Positions 1 to 9,878 of a stretch of DNA of 49,521 nt are shown here, piece after piece. The position numbers and the translations under genes are program-made. Below the pieces are notes generated by a model. The model did no database searches and was not told the DNA's origin. It saw nothing but the letters and a program-made list of their open reading frames with translations. The DNA is from Verrucomicrobiota bacterium (lineage in GTDB: Bacteria > Verrucomicrobiota > Verrucomicrobiia > Limisphaerales > CANJSG01), in assembly GCA_038209745.1 (NCBI GenBank), contig JBBQXJ010000032.1, positions 1-49,521 on the forward strand. Reading direction: 5' to 3'. Numbering within the stretch: position 1 is the first letter of the stretch; each line of letters opens with the position of its first letter.

Positions 1-1
1 C

Positions 2-160
2 GGCCTGCGCGGCGGGATCTCCGTGGCGTTGGCCCTGTCGCTCCCAGCCGGTCGCGAACGCGGGATCATCCTGGCCGTGACCTACCTCGTGGTCGTTTTC
101 TCCATCCTGGTCCAGGGCCCCACCCTCAAGCACCTCGTGCGCCGCCTGGTGGTCCCCTGA
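2..160 (+). CDS. 3' end of CPA1-family Na+/H+ antiporter (partial)
   Basis: Own translation GLRGGISVALALSLP...ILAVTYLVVVFSILVQGPTL..VP*; GLRG..S.ALAL and ILVQG.T motifs are typical of the NhaP/CPA1 C-terminus. Confidence 0.85.
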   Translation, partial: GLRGGISVALALSLPAGRERGIILAVTYLVVVFSILVQGPTLKHLVRRLVVP

Positions 161-394
161 CGCCCCGCAAGGGCTTCGGAAACGGACAGGGACTTGCCGC
201 GCCATGTCTCCGCCGCCCGGCTCCTGGCAATTACCGTGAGCGTTCGGGAATCGTAATTGCTGACAATTCGAATGTCGTCCTTCGTGGCGGGTCTCTTTCT
301 CTGTAACGCACCCTGAAAAATATACCCATTCCCAAGGCGGCATAAGGGTTAAACCCCATATCGCGTCCCCGATTCATCGACAATATGAAGCCGC

Positions 395-1990
395 ATGAAA
401 ACCAAATTTCAGGTCCTCTTCGGCGCATCCGCCGTGTCGATGGCGGCATTCTCCGCCCTCGCTCAGGAAGCCTACCGTCCCAACGCGGTCACTCCGTCCT
501 CCCATCAGCGGAACATGACCGGTGCGATGCCCAAGGATCGGCTGAACGGTGCGGCCAAGGCCAGCGATCTCATCGGGATGACGGTCAAAAACAATCAAGG
601 CGTCACTCTCGGCAAGGTCGACGACCTTGCCGTGGATTTGGAAGGCGGTCGCCTGGTCCAAGTAATCCTAAGCACGGGCGGAATCCTTGGCATCGGAGAA
701 ACGCTGACGGCGGTGCCCCCGGGAGCGCTGCACCACGATGTCGTCAAAAAACTTCTCCAACTCGATGCCGACCAAGAAATGCTCAAGAACGCTCCGAAGT
801 TCGAGTCGTCCAAGTGGGCCGAAAATTCCGACTCGAACCATGTGGCACAAGTCTATCAGCACTTCCACGAGCAGCCTTGGTTCGCCTCCGCCCGCATCGG
901 AGATTCCGATGGCAAGGTTGCGGCCCAGAACCAGGACGGAAAGGGTGAAAATTCTGGCCGGCCCGGTGACCAGGACACGGTGGACGGCGCTCTGCGGCAG
1001 GAGGTTCAAACAAGTGATGCCAAGGGAACGGTTGCGGCCCGCATCCAGCAAGGAAAGGGGGACAATCCTCTCCGGATCGCCGACGTGGAAGGCACGGATA
1101 CCGCTACACGTCAGGAGATTGAGACAAGCGATGCCAATGGGACAGTTGCAGCTCGCGAAGAGGAGGGAGTCAAGGATGTGGATGGTTTGAACCGCGATCG
1201 CGGATCAACCAAAACTGTATCGCGGGGGGACGGTCAATCGGCGGATGGAAAACCCTCGTCCGAAGTTCGAAACCGCGAGGGAAACTGGAGCAAGGAACAC
1301 CTGGGCCGCGAGACCGACGGGAAATCCTCTGACACAGGTTTGGGGTATGTCCAAAAAGCGAGCAAGGTCATGGGCATGGCAGTAATGAATCTGCAGGACG
1401 AGAAGATCGGCACGGTAGATAATCTCCTGGTCGATATTTCTTCCGGGCGCCTCGTCGCAGTGATCGTTTCCTCCGGAGGCTTTCTCGGGATGAACAACGA
1501 ACTGAGCGCTGTTCCCCCGGCTGCCCTTCGCCTGACCGAAGATCGAAGCGCACTGCATCTGGATGCCACCAAGGAGACGCTCGCCGATGCGCCCCATTTC
1601 AAGGCGGACCGGTGGCCCGACTTCAGTCAGCCCAGCTATTCCGACAACGTCTATCGCTCCTACAGAATCGAGCCGTATTTCACGACCAACACGACAACTG
1701 AGCCCGACAATACGGCGATCAACATCCGTGACCGCGAACGCAGTTCATTGACGCCTCTTGACCAGGGCAACAGCCAGCAGGACATCGAGGCCACGGCTCA
1801 GATCCGCAAGGCCATAATGGCCGACAAGGATATGTCCATGAACGCAAAGAACGTAAAAATCATCACCCAGCAAGGCCATGTCACGCTGCGAGGGGTGGTC
1901 AATAGTGCCGCGGAAAAAGCACGCATCGACGCAATTGCGGCCAACGTTGCGACGGCAAAGAACGTGGACAACCTGCTCGATGTGAAGTGA
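395..1990 (+). CDS. Secreted PRC-barrel (x2) + BON domain protein
   Basis: Signal peptide; two KAS.(L/V)(I/M)GM.V.N.Q...G.VD.L.VD...GR.V.VI.S.GG.LG PRC barrels; C-terminal BON domain (NVKIITQQGHVTLRGVV...VDNLLDV). Confidence 0.85.
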   Translation: MKTKFQVLFGASAVSMAAFSALAQEAYRPNAVTPSSHQRNMTGAMPKDRLNGAAKASDLIGMTVKNNQGVTLGKVDDLAVDLEGGRLVQVILSTGGILGIGETLTAVPPGALHHDVVKKLLQLDADQEMLKNAPKFESSKWAENSDSNHVAQVYQHFHEQPWFASARIGDSDGKVAAQNQDGKGENSGRPGDQDTVDGALRQEVQTSDAKGTVAARIQQGKGDNPLRIADVEGTDTATRQEIETSDANGTVAAREEEGVKDVDGLNRDRGSTKTVSRGDGQSADGKPSSEVRNREGNWSKEHLGRETDGKSSDTGLGYVQKASKVMGMAVMNLQDEKIGTVDNLLVDISSGRLVAVIVSSGGFLGMNNELSAVPPAALRLTEDRSALHLDATKETLADAPHFKADRWPDFSQPSYSDNVYRSYRIEPYFTTNTTTEPDNTAINIRDRERSSLTPLDQGNSQQDIEATAQIRKAIMADKDMSMNAKNVKIITQQGHVTLRGVVNSAAEKARIDAIAANVATAKNVDNLLDVK

Positions 1991-2061
1991 GCCTGGATCC
2001 AGTCCAATTCGCCCCCGGCCATCGCTGCCACCTCAACCCAACCAAAGAAAGATAAAATCAT

Positions 2062-2622
2062 ATGTCCACAAAATCCGTATTCTGCATCGCAACCTCCCAC
2101 CGCCAAGCTGATCTGATCGTTGACCACCTTAAAAAGGCGGAATTCTCGAACAACGACATCTCAGCGCTCTTCCCTGACAAAGGAAGCAGCCGGGACTTCG
2201 CCCACGAGAAGAACACCAAAGCGCCGGAAGGCGCGGTTGCGGGAGCGGGCACTGGTGGCGTGGTCGGTGGCGCATTGGGCTGGATTGCGGGGATCGGTGC
2301 GCTCGCCATTCCGGGAGTCGGCCCGTTTATTGCCGCCGGACCCATCCTCGCCGCGTTGAGCGGTGCGGCCATCGGTGCGGCCGTCGGAGGCATCGCCGGT
2401 GGGCTGATCGGCCTGGGTATTCCCGAGATAGAAGCCAAACGCTATGAAGGGAAGGTAAAGGCCGGGAACATCCTGATTTCCGTCCACACGGAAAGCTCGG
2501 ACGAAATCAAGCGGGCCAAGGACATTTTCACGAAGGCTGCGGCCGAGGATATTTGCGTCACCGGCGAGGCGTCCACCGCCAAGGACGACAAGGCGGTTCA
2601 TCGTGGGGTCCACACTCCCTAA
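2062..2622 (+). CDS. Glycine-zipper general stress membrane protein
   Basis: GAVAGAGTGGVVGGALG...AIPGVGPFIAAGP...GLGIPEIEAKRYE...GNILISVH pattern. Confidence 0.8.
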   Translation: MSTKSVFCIATSHRQADLIVDHLKKAEFSNNDISALFPDKGSSRDFAHEKNTKAPEGAVAGAGTGGVVGGALGWIAGIGALAIPGVGPFIAAGPILAALSGAAIGAAVGGIAGGLIGLGIPEIEAKRYEGKVKAGNILISVHTESSDEIKRAKDIFTKAAAEDICVTGEASTAKDDKAVHRGVHTP

Positions 2623-2733
2623 CGGCGTGGCGAAGCTGGTCTGCTCGGAGCCATAAACCCACGGGTATTGGAGTCGAGTGTCCCGCTACGCGACCGCTCC
2701 ACCTGAAAGAAGCAACCGACTTACGAAACAATC

Positions 2734-3285
2734 ATGAAAACATTAAACGATCTCTTTCTGGACGAAATCGCCGATATCTATGACGCGGAACGGAGGATTG
2801 TAAAAGCCTTGCCGAAGATGGCCAAGGCCGCCACATGCCCGGACCTGAAAAAAGGCTTTGAGAAACACCTGAAAGAAACCGAGAAGCACGTAAAAAGGCT
2901 CGAACAGGTTTTTCAGACCCTCGGCAAAAAGGCCCGCGGCAAGACCTGCGAGGCAACGGTGGGTCTTCTCGAAGAGGGGGACGAGATGGCTGCCGATTTC
3001 AAGGGGTCACCGGCGATCAACGCGGCCTTGATCGCGGCAGCCCAAAAGATCGAACACTACGAAATGGCCTCTTATGGCTGCCTGCACGAATGGGCTGGCC
3101 TGCTGGGGAACAAGAAGGCCGCCTCGCTCCTTGAACAGACCCTTGACGAGGAAAAGGCGGCCAACCAATCGCTTACCGACCTGGCAAGAGCGGGCAACAA
3201 CGAGGAGGCCATGGCCCTTCCATCGGACGGAGGATTCGATCGGGTGGTAAAGGGCAAGTCGACCCAAGCCCGTCGTGGCCGCTGA
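2734..3285 (+). CDS. Ferritin-like DUF892 (YciE/YciF family) protein
   Basis: DLFLDEIADIYDAE..ALPKMAKAA, HLKETEKHVKRLE, AAQKIEHYEMASYG motifs. Confidence 0.9.
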   Translation: MKTLNDLFLDEIADIYDAERRIVKALPKMAKAATCPDLKKGFEKHLKETEKHVKRLEQVFQTLGKKARGKTCEATVGLLEEGDEMAADFKGSPAINAALIAAAQKIEHYEMASYGCLHEWAGLLGNKKAASLLEQTLDEEKAANQSLTDLARAGNNEEAMALPSDGGFDRVVKGKSTQARRGR

Positions 3286-3410
3286 CCCAAAGTCACCAAG
3301 ACTGATCAAACACACCCCGCCCGCCGCAAAACTCATTGAACCAATCTGGACCTGCCAAGTTGTCATCAGACAGACACATGGCATGTATCCTCTAAATACC
3401 CACCGCGACC

Positions 3411-3536
3411 ATGACTGCCTTGATTGTAATTCCCATTTTCGCCGCCGTCGGCTTCTCCCTGGTCTACCTGCTGGCAGGGGGAGGTTTCTTCGGAGCCATC
3501 GTCATCTTCATCGTCGCAAAACTATTCGGAAAATAG
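3411..3536 (+). CDS. Small hydrophobic membrane protein (41 aa)
   Basis: Own translation MTALIVIPIFAAVGFSLVYLLAGGGFFGAIVIFIVAKLFGK*; co-oriented within the stress cluster; below the ORF-track cutoff. Confidence 0.7.
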   Translation: MTALIVIPIFAAVGFSLVYLLAGGGFFGAIVIFIVAKLFGK

Positions 3537-3577
3537 GCGGGTTTTCCCGTCCTCAAACACTTGTTCCCTCTGAAAGC

Positions 3578-4537
3578 ATGAACACTGAACCTTCCATTGC
3601 GGATATTCCGCTATCCGCTTCTCCGATCTACGACCGCAGCTTGTTTCCGAATTTGTGCTGGGGAGCGATCATTGCCGGAACCATCGCCGCCATGGGGATT
3701 CATCTTCTCCTGAGCGCGCTGGGCGTCGGTGCCGGTCTTGCTTCCTTCACGCCGATGAGCGACGCCGATCCTGTTGAAAATTTCAGTGTCGGGGCCGCCG
3801 TCGTGTGGACGGTGTGTGCTTTGATCGCCCTCAGCTTTGGGGGTCTGATCGCAGGACGGTTTTCCCATTCGCTTCACAGCGGGTTCGTTCACGGGGTTCT
3901 TGTTTGGTGCCTGACGATGATTTTCACGGTGCTCCTGCTTTCGATGGGGACCGGCATGGTCCTTGGAGGGGCTCTCAAGTTTCTTGGCGAGGGTCTGGCG
4001 GGAAGCGGGAAAGCCTTGGCCGCAGCCACGGGAACTGCGGCCGAAGCAGGGATCAAACGTGGAACAGACCAGGTGGAAAGTTTCATCGATGAGGCGCTCC
4101 ATTCAGGCCCCACGAATTCCGCCGCGAGCGATCTCATCCGGGCCAAGCGAGAGATCGGTTTTTCGATTTCCAAGCTTTTCTCGCCGGGGAACGACCCCGC
4201 TTCCAAAAGCAACCGATTGGCAGCGGTCAAGTCGCTCGCGAGCTATGCGGGAATGAGCGAGGCGGACGCCACAAAAACCGTCGATGACTGGACCACTTCG
4301 TACCAGCGACTCAAGGCCGAGCTGGAAAGCGACAAGGCAATCGCGCAACAGAAGGCGAGACAGGCCGCCGACAGGGCCGCAAGCAATCTTTCGTGCGCTG
4401 CAATCTGGTCCTTTTTCGCGCTGCTCTTAGGACTTCTGGTCGCTGCGCTTTCGGCAAGTTGCGGAGCGAGGCGTGCGCTGCGTTGGGCCGAGATTCGACG
4501 TGTGTCGGAGAATGTTGAGAGGGGATTGGTTCTATAG
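3578..4537 (+). CDS. Multi-pass membrane protein of stress clusters (WGAIIAG type)
   Basis: Start reassigned to MNTEPS; WGAIIAG...LLSALGVGAG, HGVLVW and terminal AAIWSFFALLLG TM segments. Confidence 0.75.
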   Translation: MNTEPSIADIPLSASPIYDRSLFPNLCWGAIIAGTIAAMGIHLLLSALGVGAGLASFTPMSDADPVENFSVGAAVVWTVCALIALSFGGLIAGRFSHSLHSGFVHGVLVWCLTMIFTVLLLSMGTGMVLGGALKFLGEGLAGSGKALAAATGTAAEAGIKRGTDQVESFIDEALHSGPTNSAASDLIRAKREIGFSISKLFSPGNDPASKSNRLAAVKSLASYAGMSEADATKTVDDWTTSYQRLKAELESDKAIAQQKARQAADRAASNLSCAAIWSFFALLLGLLVAALSASCGARRALRWAEIRRVSENVERGLVL

Positions 4538-4560
4538 TCAGCGAAGGGAAGCCCTGATCC

Positions 4561-5163
4561 ATGAACTACCTCGATTCAGCGGCTTGGGAAACATTGCTCA
4601 TCTGGAGGACGGCCCAAGGTGACGTTGAGGCCTTCGCCGATCTCTATGACAAATACTCCACGGCGCTGTTTTCCCTCGCGGTCGAAATTCTGAACGACCC
4701 GGGAGAAGCGGAGGAAGTCACTGAGGAGGTGTTCCTGAAAATATGGCAAGAAGCACATTCATTCGATGAATCGAAGGGGAATCCGCTGAGCTGGTCCGTG
4801 CAGATGGCGCGCAACCAGGCGATCGACCGGCTTCGAAAGCGAAAGAACGATGAACATTTCGCGGGACTCACCACCGAAGTTGCGTTCAGACCCGCTGCCG
4901 GAGCCAAACAGGCGATGGGCGGGGTGTCGGGCCAATACGCAGACGGAATCGGTTTAGATTTCAACAGGCTCCCTCACGACGATAGGAAGATTATCGACCT
5001 TGCCTTTTTTGGCGGTCGCAGCCTCACCACGATGGCGGACTTGATGGGAGTGCCTCCCGGGACGATCAAGGCCCGGGTCCGAAGTGCGATGGTTTCTTTG
5101 TCGGATATCATCGAGGTCAATGAGGCCTCGACGATAAAAGGGGTCTCAGCCGGAACGATGTAG
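4561..5163 (+). CDS. ECF sigma-70 family RNA polymerase sigma factor
   Basis: Region 2 (GDVEAFADLYD...AEEVTEEVFLKIW...ARNQAIDRLR) and region 4 (LAFFGG...GVPPGTIKARVR). Confidence 0.9.
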   Translation: MNYLDSAAWETLLIWRTAQGDVEAFADLYDKYSTALFSLAVEILNDPGEAEEVTEEVFLKIWQEAHSFDESKGNPLSWSVQMARNQAIDRLRKRKNDEHFAGLTTEVAFRPAAGAKQAMGGVSGQYADGIGLDFNRLPHDDRKIIDLAFFGGRSLTTMADLMGVPPGTIKARVRSAMVSLSDIIEVNEASTIKGVSAGTM

Positions 5164-5173
5164 CGGGGATTTG

Positions 5174-5222
5174 GGACCGCGTCCTCGCGGGCCATAGGAG
5201 GCGCAGGAAATGATTCACCGCC
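5174..5222 (+). repeat. Partial copy of dispersed repeat family A
   Basis: GGACCGCGTCCTCGCGGGCCATAGGAGGCGCAGGAAATGATTCACCGCC aligns with 9760-9809 and with the reverse complement of 37612-37660. Confidence 0.75.
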
Positions 5223-5224
5223 CT

Positions 5225-5463
5225 GGGGTTGAGGTCGTCAAACGCAACGAGGTCGCCACTGGCTTCGTGGTGCTGCGCCGGCGCTGGATCCTCGAACGCA
5301 CCTTCGTGCGGCTGGTGCAGAACCGCCGCCTTGTCCGCGACCACGAAACCACCGAATCCAGCGCCGAAGCCTTCGTCTACCCTCTACCCACTGAAAACAG
5401 CGAGGAACCTCAATCGATTCGCCTGATCTTCTCCCGGTAATCCCTTTTTCAGAGGGGTTCTTA
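5225..5463 (+). mobile_element. IS5-family transposase C-terminal remnant with possible right end
   Basis: VEVVKR...GFVVLRRRWILERTF..L...RRL.RD.E matches the RW.VERTF.W...RRL..DYE signature; N-terminal part missing; TTTTCAGAGGGGTTCTTA at 5446-5463 may be the terminal repeat. Confidence 0.75.
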
Positions 5464-5640
5464 CGGAGAAGTCAGGCAACGGAAGCGAAGGAAAGCATTT
5501 GTCATGGGAGGGTGTTTCATTCCGTCGGGGGCGACTTTGGCACCGGGTGATAGGAGAGCTTCGCCGACGTCGGGCAGGACACCGGATACTTCCAGACGCG
5601 GTCGGGACAATCCCTTGCTCGCGACGATCTCTGACGGTGC

Positions 5641-6141
5641 TTAGCGGGCGGTTTCGCGGGCCATCCGGTGGCAATTGTCCGCGACGTCGGACAGCTGTTC
5701 CAGAAACAGGTCCCGGCAGGCCTGGGGCAGGGGCGCCAGCACTTCGGTTTGGAGTTCCACGGCGATCTTCCGGGCTTCTTCAAAGCGCTGCCGGCCGGCG
5801 GGCAGGAGGCAGATCTGGTAGGCTCGACGATCCTTTTCGTGCACCCGGCGGCTGATCAGTCCGTTGCGTTCCATCCGGGTCAACAGCGATGCGATGGTGT
5901 TCGGATCGCTGGCCATCCGGGTGGTCAGTTCGCTCTGGCCAAGCCCCGTTTTGTCCGCCTCCACGACCGTCCGTAGAGCCGTGAACTGGTCGGGAGTGAT
6001 CTCCAGATGCGCGATGCGGCGGCGGAAGGTCTGGTTGAGTCCATACCATGCGCGGCGGAGCAGGATCGGCAGCCGGCGGGGACCGGGAATGTCGGAGACT
6101 GTTTCGGCCAGGCTGATTGGGACGGGAGCTTTCTTGGACAT
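5641..6141 (-). CDS. MarR family transcriptional regulator
   Basis: Start reassigned to MSKKAP; ITPDQF..L...QSEL...DPNTIASLLTRMERNGLISR....DRRAY wHTH. Confidence 0.9.
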   Translation of the reverse strand: MSKKAPVPISLAETVSDIPGPRRLPILLRRAWYGLNQTFRRRIAHLEITPDQFTALRTVVEADKTGLGQSELTTRMASDPNTIASLLTRMERNGLISRRVHEKDRRAYQICLLPAGRQRFEEARKIAVELQTEVLAPLPQACRDLFLEQLSDVADNCHRMARETAR

Positions 6142-6220
6142 AGAGGACGGGGGAGTGTGCCGGGCGGCGGCGCGGCTGCCAAGGTCGCCGGTGGGCGGAA
6201 CAAGGGATGGGCCGGGTCCG

Positions 6221-7525
6221 TTATTCGGAGACTTTGCCGGCGATGACCGATTCGTCGGGCGCGCCGCGGCCACGGCGCCATTCCGGTAGCAGCAGGGATG
6301 TGGCGGCGAGGATGAAGAGCGCGCTGACGCCGCCCAGCACGGGCAGCGACACTTGGCCCACGACATAGAACGCCAGCATCGGGGCCAGCACCCCGCGGCA
6401 GCCGGTCAGGAAGGTGTGGACCGACATGTAGTCGGACACGTGGTCGGGGCGCGCGAACTTCGTCACCCAGAGGTTCCAAGCCACATCGCCTCCCGCTTCG
6501 GAGATGCCGAAAACAATCGCGCCGAGGACCAGGCCGGGCAGGGAATTGCTGACGAAGAACGCGGTGATGCCGATGGCGAAGCCCACGTTCAGCGTCATGC
6601 GCAGCACGAAGAAGTTCATCCGGTCGAAGAGCTTCCCCCAGATCGGGTTCATCAGCAGGCGCGCGATGTTCGGGACGACCACGGTGATCCAGGCGATCTG
6701 GACGGCGGTGGGATGAAAATCGAGGCCGTATTTTTCGGGATTGGCCAGGTATTCGATGCGGAGCGGAAGCATCATCAGGTTGGCGAAGCCCATCAGCATC
6801 CAGGAGATCAAGGTGCGGCGAAACAGGGGATCGTCGGCCACGTGGCGGAGCGGTCGCAACGGATGGGAGCCGCGCTCGCTTTCGGACGGGCGGGAAGGGC
6901 ACTTGTGCAGGCACCAGGCCGCGAGGGCGCTGGCGACCGAAAAGACCAGCAGCAGATGGCGGTAGTGGCCGACTCCGTTTTCCAGCCAACGCCCGGCGAG
7001 ATCACCGAAGACCACCGCCGCCGCGATGCGGATCATCACGGTCCGGGAGAAGAGCCGGCCGCGTTCGGCCGTCGGGTAGTTCTCCTGGTAGACCTGCGTC
7101 ATCAGCGGCAGCCCGGCAGAAGACGCGGCCATGCCGATGATGCTCCCGACGATGAAGATCCAGGTGGCGGGCCAGATCACCGGAAGGAGGAATCCGACGC
7201 AGCCGATGATCGCGATGACCGAGGCCGCCTGGGCCACGCGCCACCGGGCATGGGTGACGACCCAGAGCACGAGGGGGGTGAGCAACATGCCGACGCTGCC
7301 GCCTGCGGCAACGGCCGCCTTGCCCATGGCGCCCGTCTGGAAGTGCTTCACCGCCATGACGAGCAGGAAGGTGCGTCCCGCCGTCTCGATCATGCCCGAG
7401 GTGGCGGCGCGCACGCGCTCGTAGTGGTAGGTGGTGCGGGTTTCCGGCGAACGACTCACAGAGGCGAAGCCTCGCGTCTCGGACGGCCGGGGTGCAAGAC
7501 GACGTTCAAGGGTGGGGGCCGACAT
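6221..7525 (-). CDS. MFS transporter
   Basis: About 12 hydrophobic segments; YQENYP..ERGRLFS and WGKLFDR MFS loops; start uncertain. Confidence 0.8.
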   Translation of the reverse strand: MSAPTLERRLAPRPSETRGFASVSRSPETRTTYHYERVRAATSGMIETAGRTFLLVMAVKHFQTGAMGKAAVAAGGSVGMLLTPLVLWVVTHARWRVAQAASVIAIIGCVGFLLPVIWPATWIFIVGSIIGMAASSAGLPLMTQVYQENYPTAERGRLFSRTVMIRIAAAVVFGDLAGRWLENGVGHYRHLLLVFSVASALAAWCLHKCPSRPSESERGSHPLRPLRHVADDPLFRRTLISWMLMGFANLMMLPLRIEYLANPEKYGLDFHPTAVQIAWITVVVPNIARLLMNPIWGKLFDRMNFFVLRMTLNVGFAIGITAFFVSNSLPGLVLGAIVFGISEAGGDVAWNLWVTKFARPDHVSDYMSVHTFLTGCRGVLAPMLAFYVVGQVSLPVLGGVSALFILAATSLLLPEWRRGRGAPDESVIAGKVSE

Positions 7526-7589
7526 CTGTCGTGAACAACTTTCCGGCCTTCCTTGCCTCCCGGCGCCCCGTTCCCATACTCCGCGCCGC

Positions 7590-9629
7590 ATGTCGTTCCT
7601 CAGCGGCCTCAATCCCCAGCAGCGGGAAGCGGCGGAGACCCTCCGCGGCCCCGTCCTGATCCTCGCCGGTGCCGGCACGGGCAAGACCCGCGTCATCACC
7701 CACCGCATCGCGCACATGGTCCAGTCGGGCGTTGGTCCCGGCCACATTCTCGCGGTCACCTTCACCAACAAAGCCGCGCGCGAGATGCAGGAACGCGTGA
7801 CCAAGCTCCTGCCCAAAGTGCCCAAAGGGACACCCAAGGAGGAAAAGCCCGAGAAGCCGACCATCTGCACCTTCCATTCCCTCTGCGTCCGCATTCTCCG
7901 CGTCCACATCGGCAAGCTGGGCTACAAGCCGAGCTTCGTGATCTTCGACGAGTCCGACCAGCTGGCGACGATCAAGAAGATCCTCGGCACCATTTCCGCG
8001 AAAGGGGAGAAGACCGACCCGAACGCCATCCTCGCCCTCCTCAGCCGCTACCGGAACGGCGGCACCAGATCCGCCGCCTTCGACGATCCCAGCGTGGCCG
8101 CGCTCGCCGAACACATCCGGAAGAAATACGAGTCCGCCCTGCGCGCCTGCAACGGCGTCGACTTCGACGATTTGATCCTGCTCACGCTGAAGCTCTTCAC
8201 CGAGCATCCCGACGCGCTCGAAGCCTGCCGCCTGAAGTATCGCTACATCATGGTGGACGAATACCAGGACACGAACGCCTCCCAGTTCCAGCTCGTCCAT
8301 TCCCTCGCGAGGGAGCACCGCAACTTCTGCGTCGTGGGCGACGACGACCAGTCCATCTCTGGATGGCGCGGGGCCGAAGTCGCGAATCTCCTCAATCTCG
8401 AACAGCATTTCCCCGAGGTGAAGGTCGTGAAGCTGGAGCAGAACTACCGCTCCACGCCGACGATCCTGGACGCGGCCAACGCGGTCATCAAAAACAACGC
8501 CCGCCGCCGCCCCAAGCAGCTCTGGTCCGACCAAAGCCCCGGTCCCAAGATCGTTCTCCACACGTTTCCCCACGACGAGGAGGAGGCGAAGACCCTCGCC
8601 GACCAGATCGAGTTCAACCGCGTCGGCCACCGCATTCCATGGGGCGAACAGGCCATCCTCTTCCGCACCAACCAGCAGTCCCGTCCCATCGAGACCGCCC
8701 TGCGCAAGGCCGGCATCCGCTACCACCTGGTCGGTGGCCAGAGCTACTTCGACCGCCGCGAGATCCGCGACTTCCTCGCGTATCTGAAGACGATGCTGAA
8801 TCCGCACGACGACATCAGCCTGCTCCGGATCGCGAACACGCCCGCGCGCGGTTTGAGCGACGTGACGATGGAGCGGTTGCTCGCCGCCAGCCACGAGCGC
8901 GACTGCTCCGTCTTCGCCACCATGCGGCACACCGACGTGTTGGACAGCCTCCAGCCCCGCACGCGCGACGCCGTCGCGGCCTTCGTCTCCTTCGTTGAAC
9001 GGGTCCACGCGCCGTTGGAAGGCAAGGAGCCCGTGGCCCTGAAGAAGTGGGCCATGGATTTCATCGCCGAGACCGGCTACCTCGAAGACCTGCGCAAACA
9101 GGAGAAGGATCCCGAGACCGGCGACAACCGCGTCCGCAACGTCCACGAAGTGATCGGGCAGATCGAAGGCGGCGACCTGGAGCTGCCCGAGGCCGAGAGC
9201 CGCTTGGCCACCTTCCTGGAGGAGCTGTCCCTCGACCACGACCGCAAGTACGACAAGGAGATCGAAGGCGATGACGTGACCTTGATCACGATGCACAGCT
9301 GCAAGGGCCTGGAATTTCCGCATGTCTTCATCGTCGGTCTCGAAGACGGTCTGCTCCCGCACGCCCGGTCCAAGGTGGAAGGCACGATGGACGAGGAACG
9401 CCGGCTCTTCTACGTGGCCATCACCCGGGCGATGAAGTCCCTCACCATCACGCACTGCTCCGGGCGGAAACGCTACGGCCAGTTGTTTCCCTGCCACCCG
9501 TCGCCCTTCCTCAAGGAGCTCCCGTCCGACCTCGTGGAACACGCCGACGCCACCCACAAGAAGAACGTCGTCCAGAGCGAAGGCCTGAAATTCTTCGAAG
9601 CCATGAAGGCGTCGCTGGGCGGCGAGTAG
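7590..9629 (+). CDS. UvrD/PcrA/Rep superfamily 1 DNA helicase
   Basis: LAGAGTGKT, TFTNKAAREM, VDEYQDTN, LEQNYRS, MHSCKGLEF, EERRLFYVAITRA; no C-terminal Tudor extension. Confidence 0.95.
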   Translation: MSFLSGLNPQQREAAETLRGPVLILAGAGTGKTRVITHRIAHMVQSGVGPGHILAVTFTNKAAREMQERVTKLLPKVPKGTPKEEKPEKPTICTFHSLCVRILRVHIGKLGYKPSFVIFDESDQLATIKKILGTISAKGEKTDPNAILALLSRYRNGGTRSAAFDDPSVAALAEHIRKKYESALRACNGVDFDDLILLTLKLFTEHPDALEACRLKYRYIMVDEYQDTNASQFQLVHSLAREHRNFCVVGDDDQSISGWRGAEVANLLNLEQHFPEVKVVKLEQNYRSTPTILDAANAVIKNNARRRPKQLWSDQSPGPKIVLHTFPHDEEEAKTLADQIEFNRVGHRIPWGEQAILFRTNQQSRPIETALRKAGIRYHLVGGQSYFDRREIRDFLAYLKTMLNPHDDISLLRIANTPARGLSDVTMERLLAASHERDCSVFATMRHTDVLDSLQPRTRDAVAAFVSFVERVHAPLEGKEPVALKKWAMDFIAETGYLEDLRKQEKDPETGDNRVRNVHEVIGQIEGGDLELPEAESRLATFLEELSLDHDRKYDKEIEGDDVTLITMHSCKGLEFPHVFIVGLEDGLLPHARSKVEGTMDEERRLFYVAITRAMKSLTITHCSGRKRYGQLFPCHPSPFLKELPSDLVEHADATHKKNVVQSEGLKFFEAMKASLGGE

Positions 9630-9733
9630 CCGCCGAGGTGAAGAGGCGGTAGGGCGCGGCTCGGAGCCGAGTGGGTAGAGCGCTGGCTCTCGCCAAGCCG
9701 CCGTTTGAGCCGCTGACGAAGCAGTGGGGCTGA

Positions 9734-9863
9734 GGGAGCGCGCCCGTCCCGGGCGCAGTGGCCCGTGCCCTCGCGGTCCAGAGGAGGCGCAGGAAAATGA
9801 TTCACCGCCTCGGACGCGTCCGGGGCGGCTGCGATCCCCATTCATTTCCACTGCTTCGTTCCG
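9734..9863 (+). repeat. Dispersed repeat family A (MITE/REPIN-like), internally deleted copy
   Basis: Aligns with the reverse complement of 37522-37686 except for an internal gap of roughly 35 bp. Confidence 0.85.
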
Positions 9864-9878
9864 ACTGGGAATGCCCCA

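Noticed and set aside
250..360. Palindromes AATTG-N4-CAATT and GGGTT-A-AACCC upstream of the stress cluster as regulator sites
   Set aside because: Plausible but short; no regulator can be assigned from sequence alone
3275..3577. N-terminal extension of the 420-aa ORF
   Set aside because: Composition is non-coding-like and it overlaps a better 41-aa ORF; the real start is likely 3578
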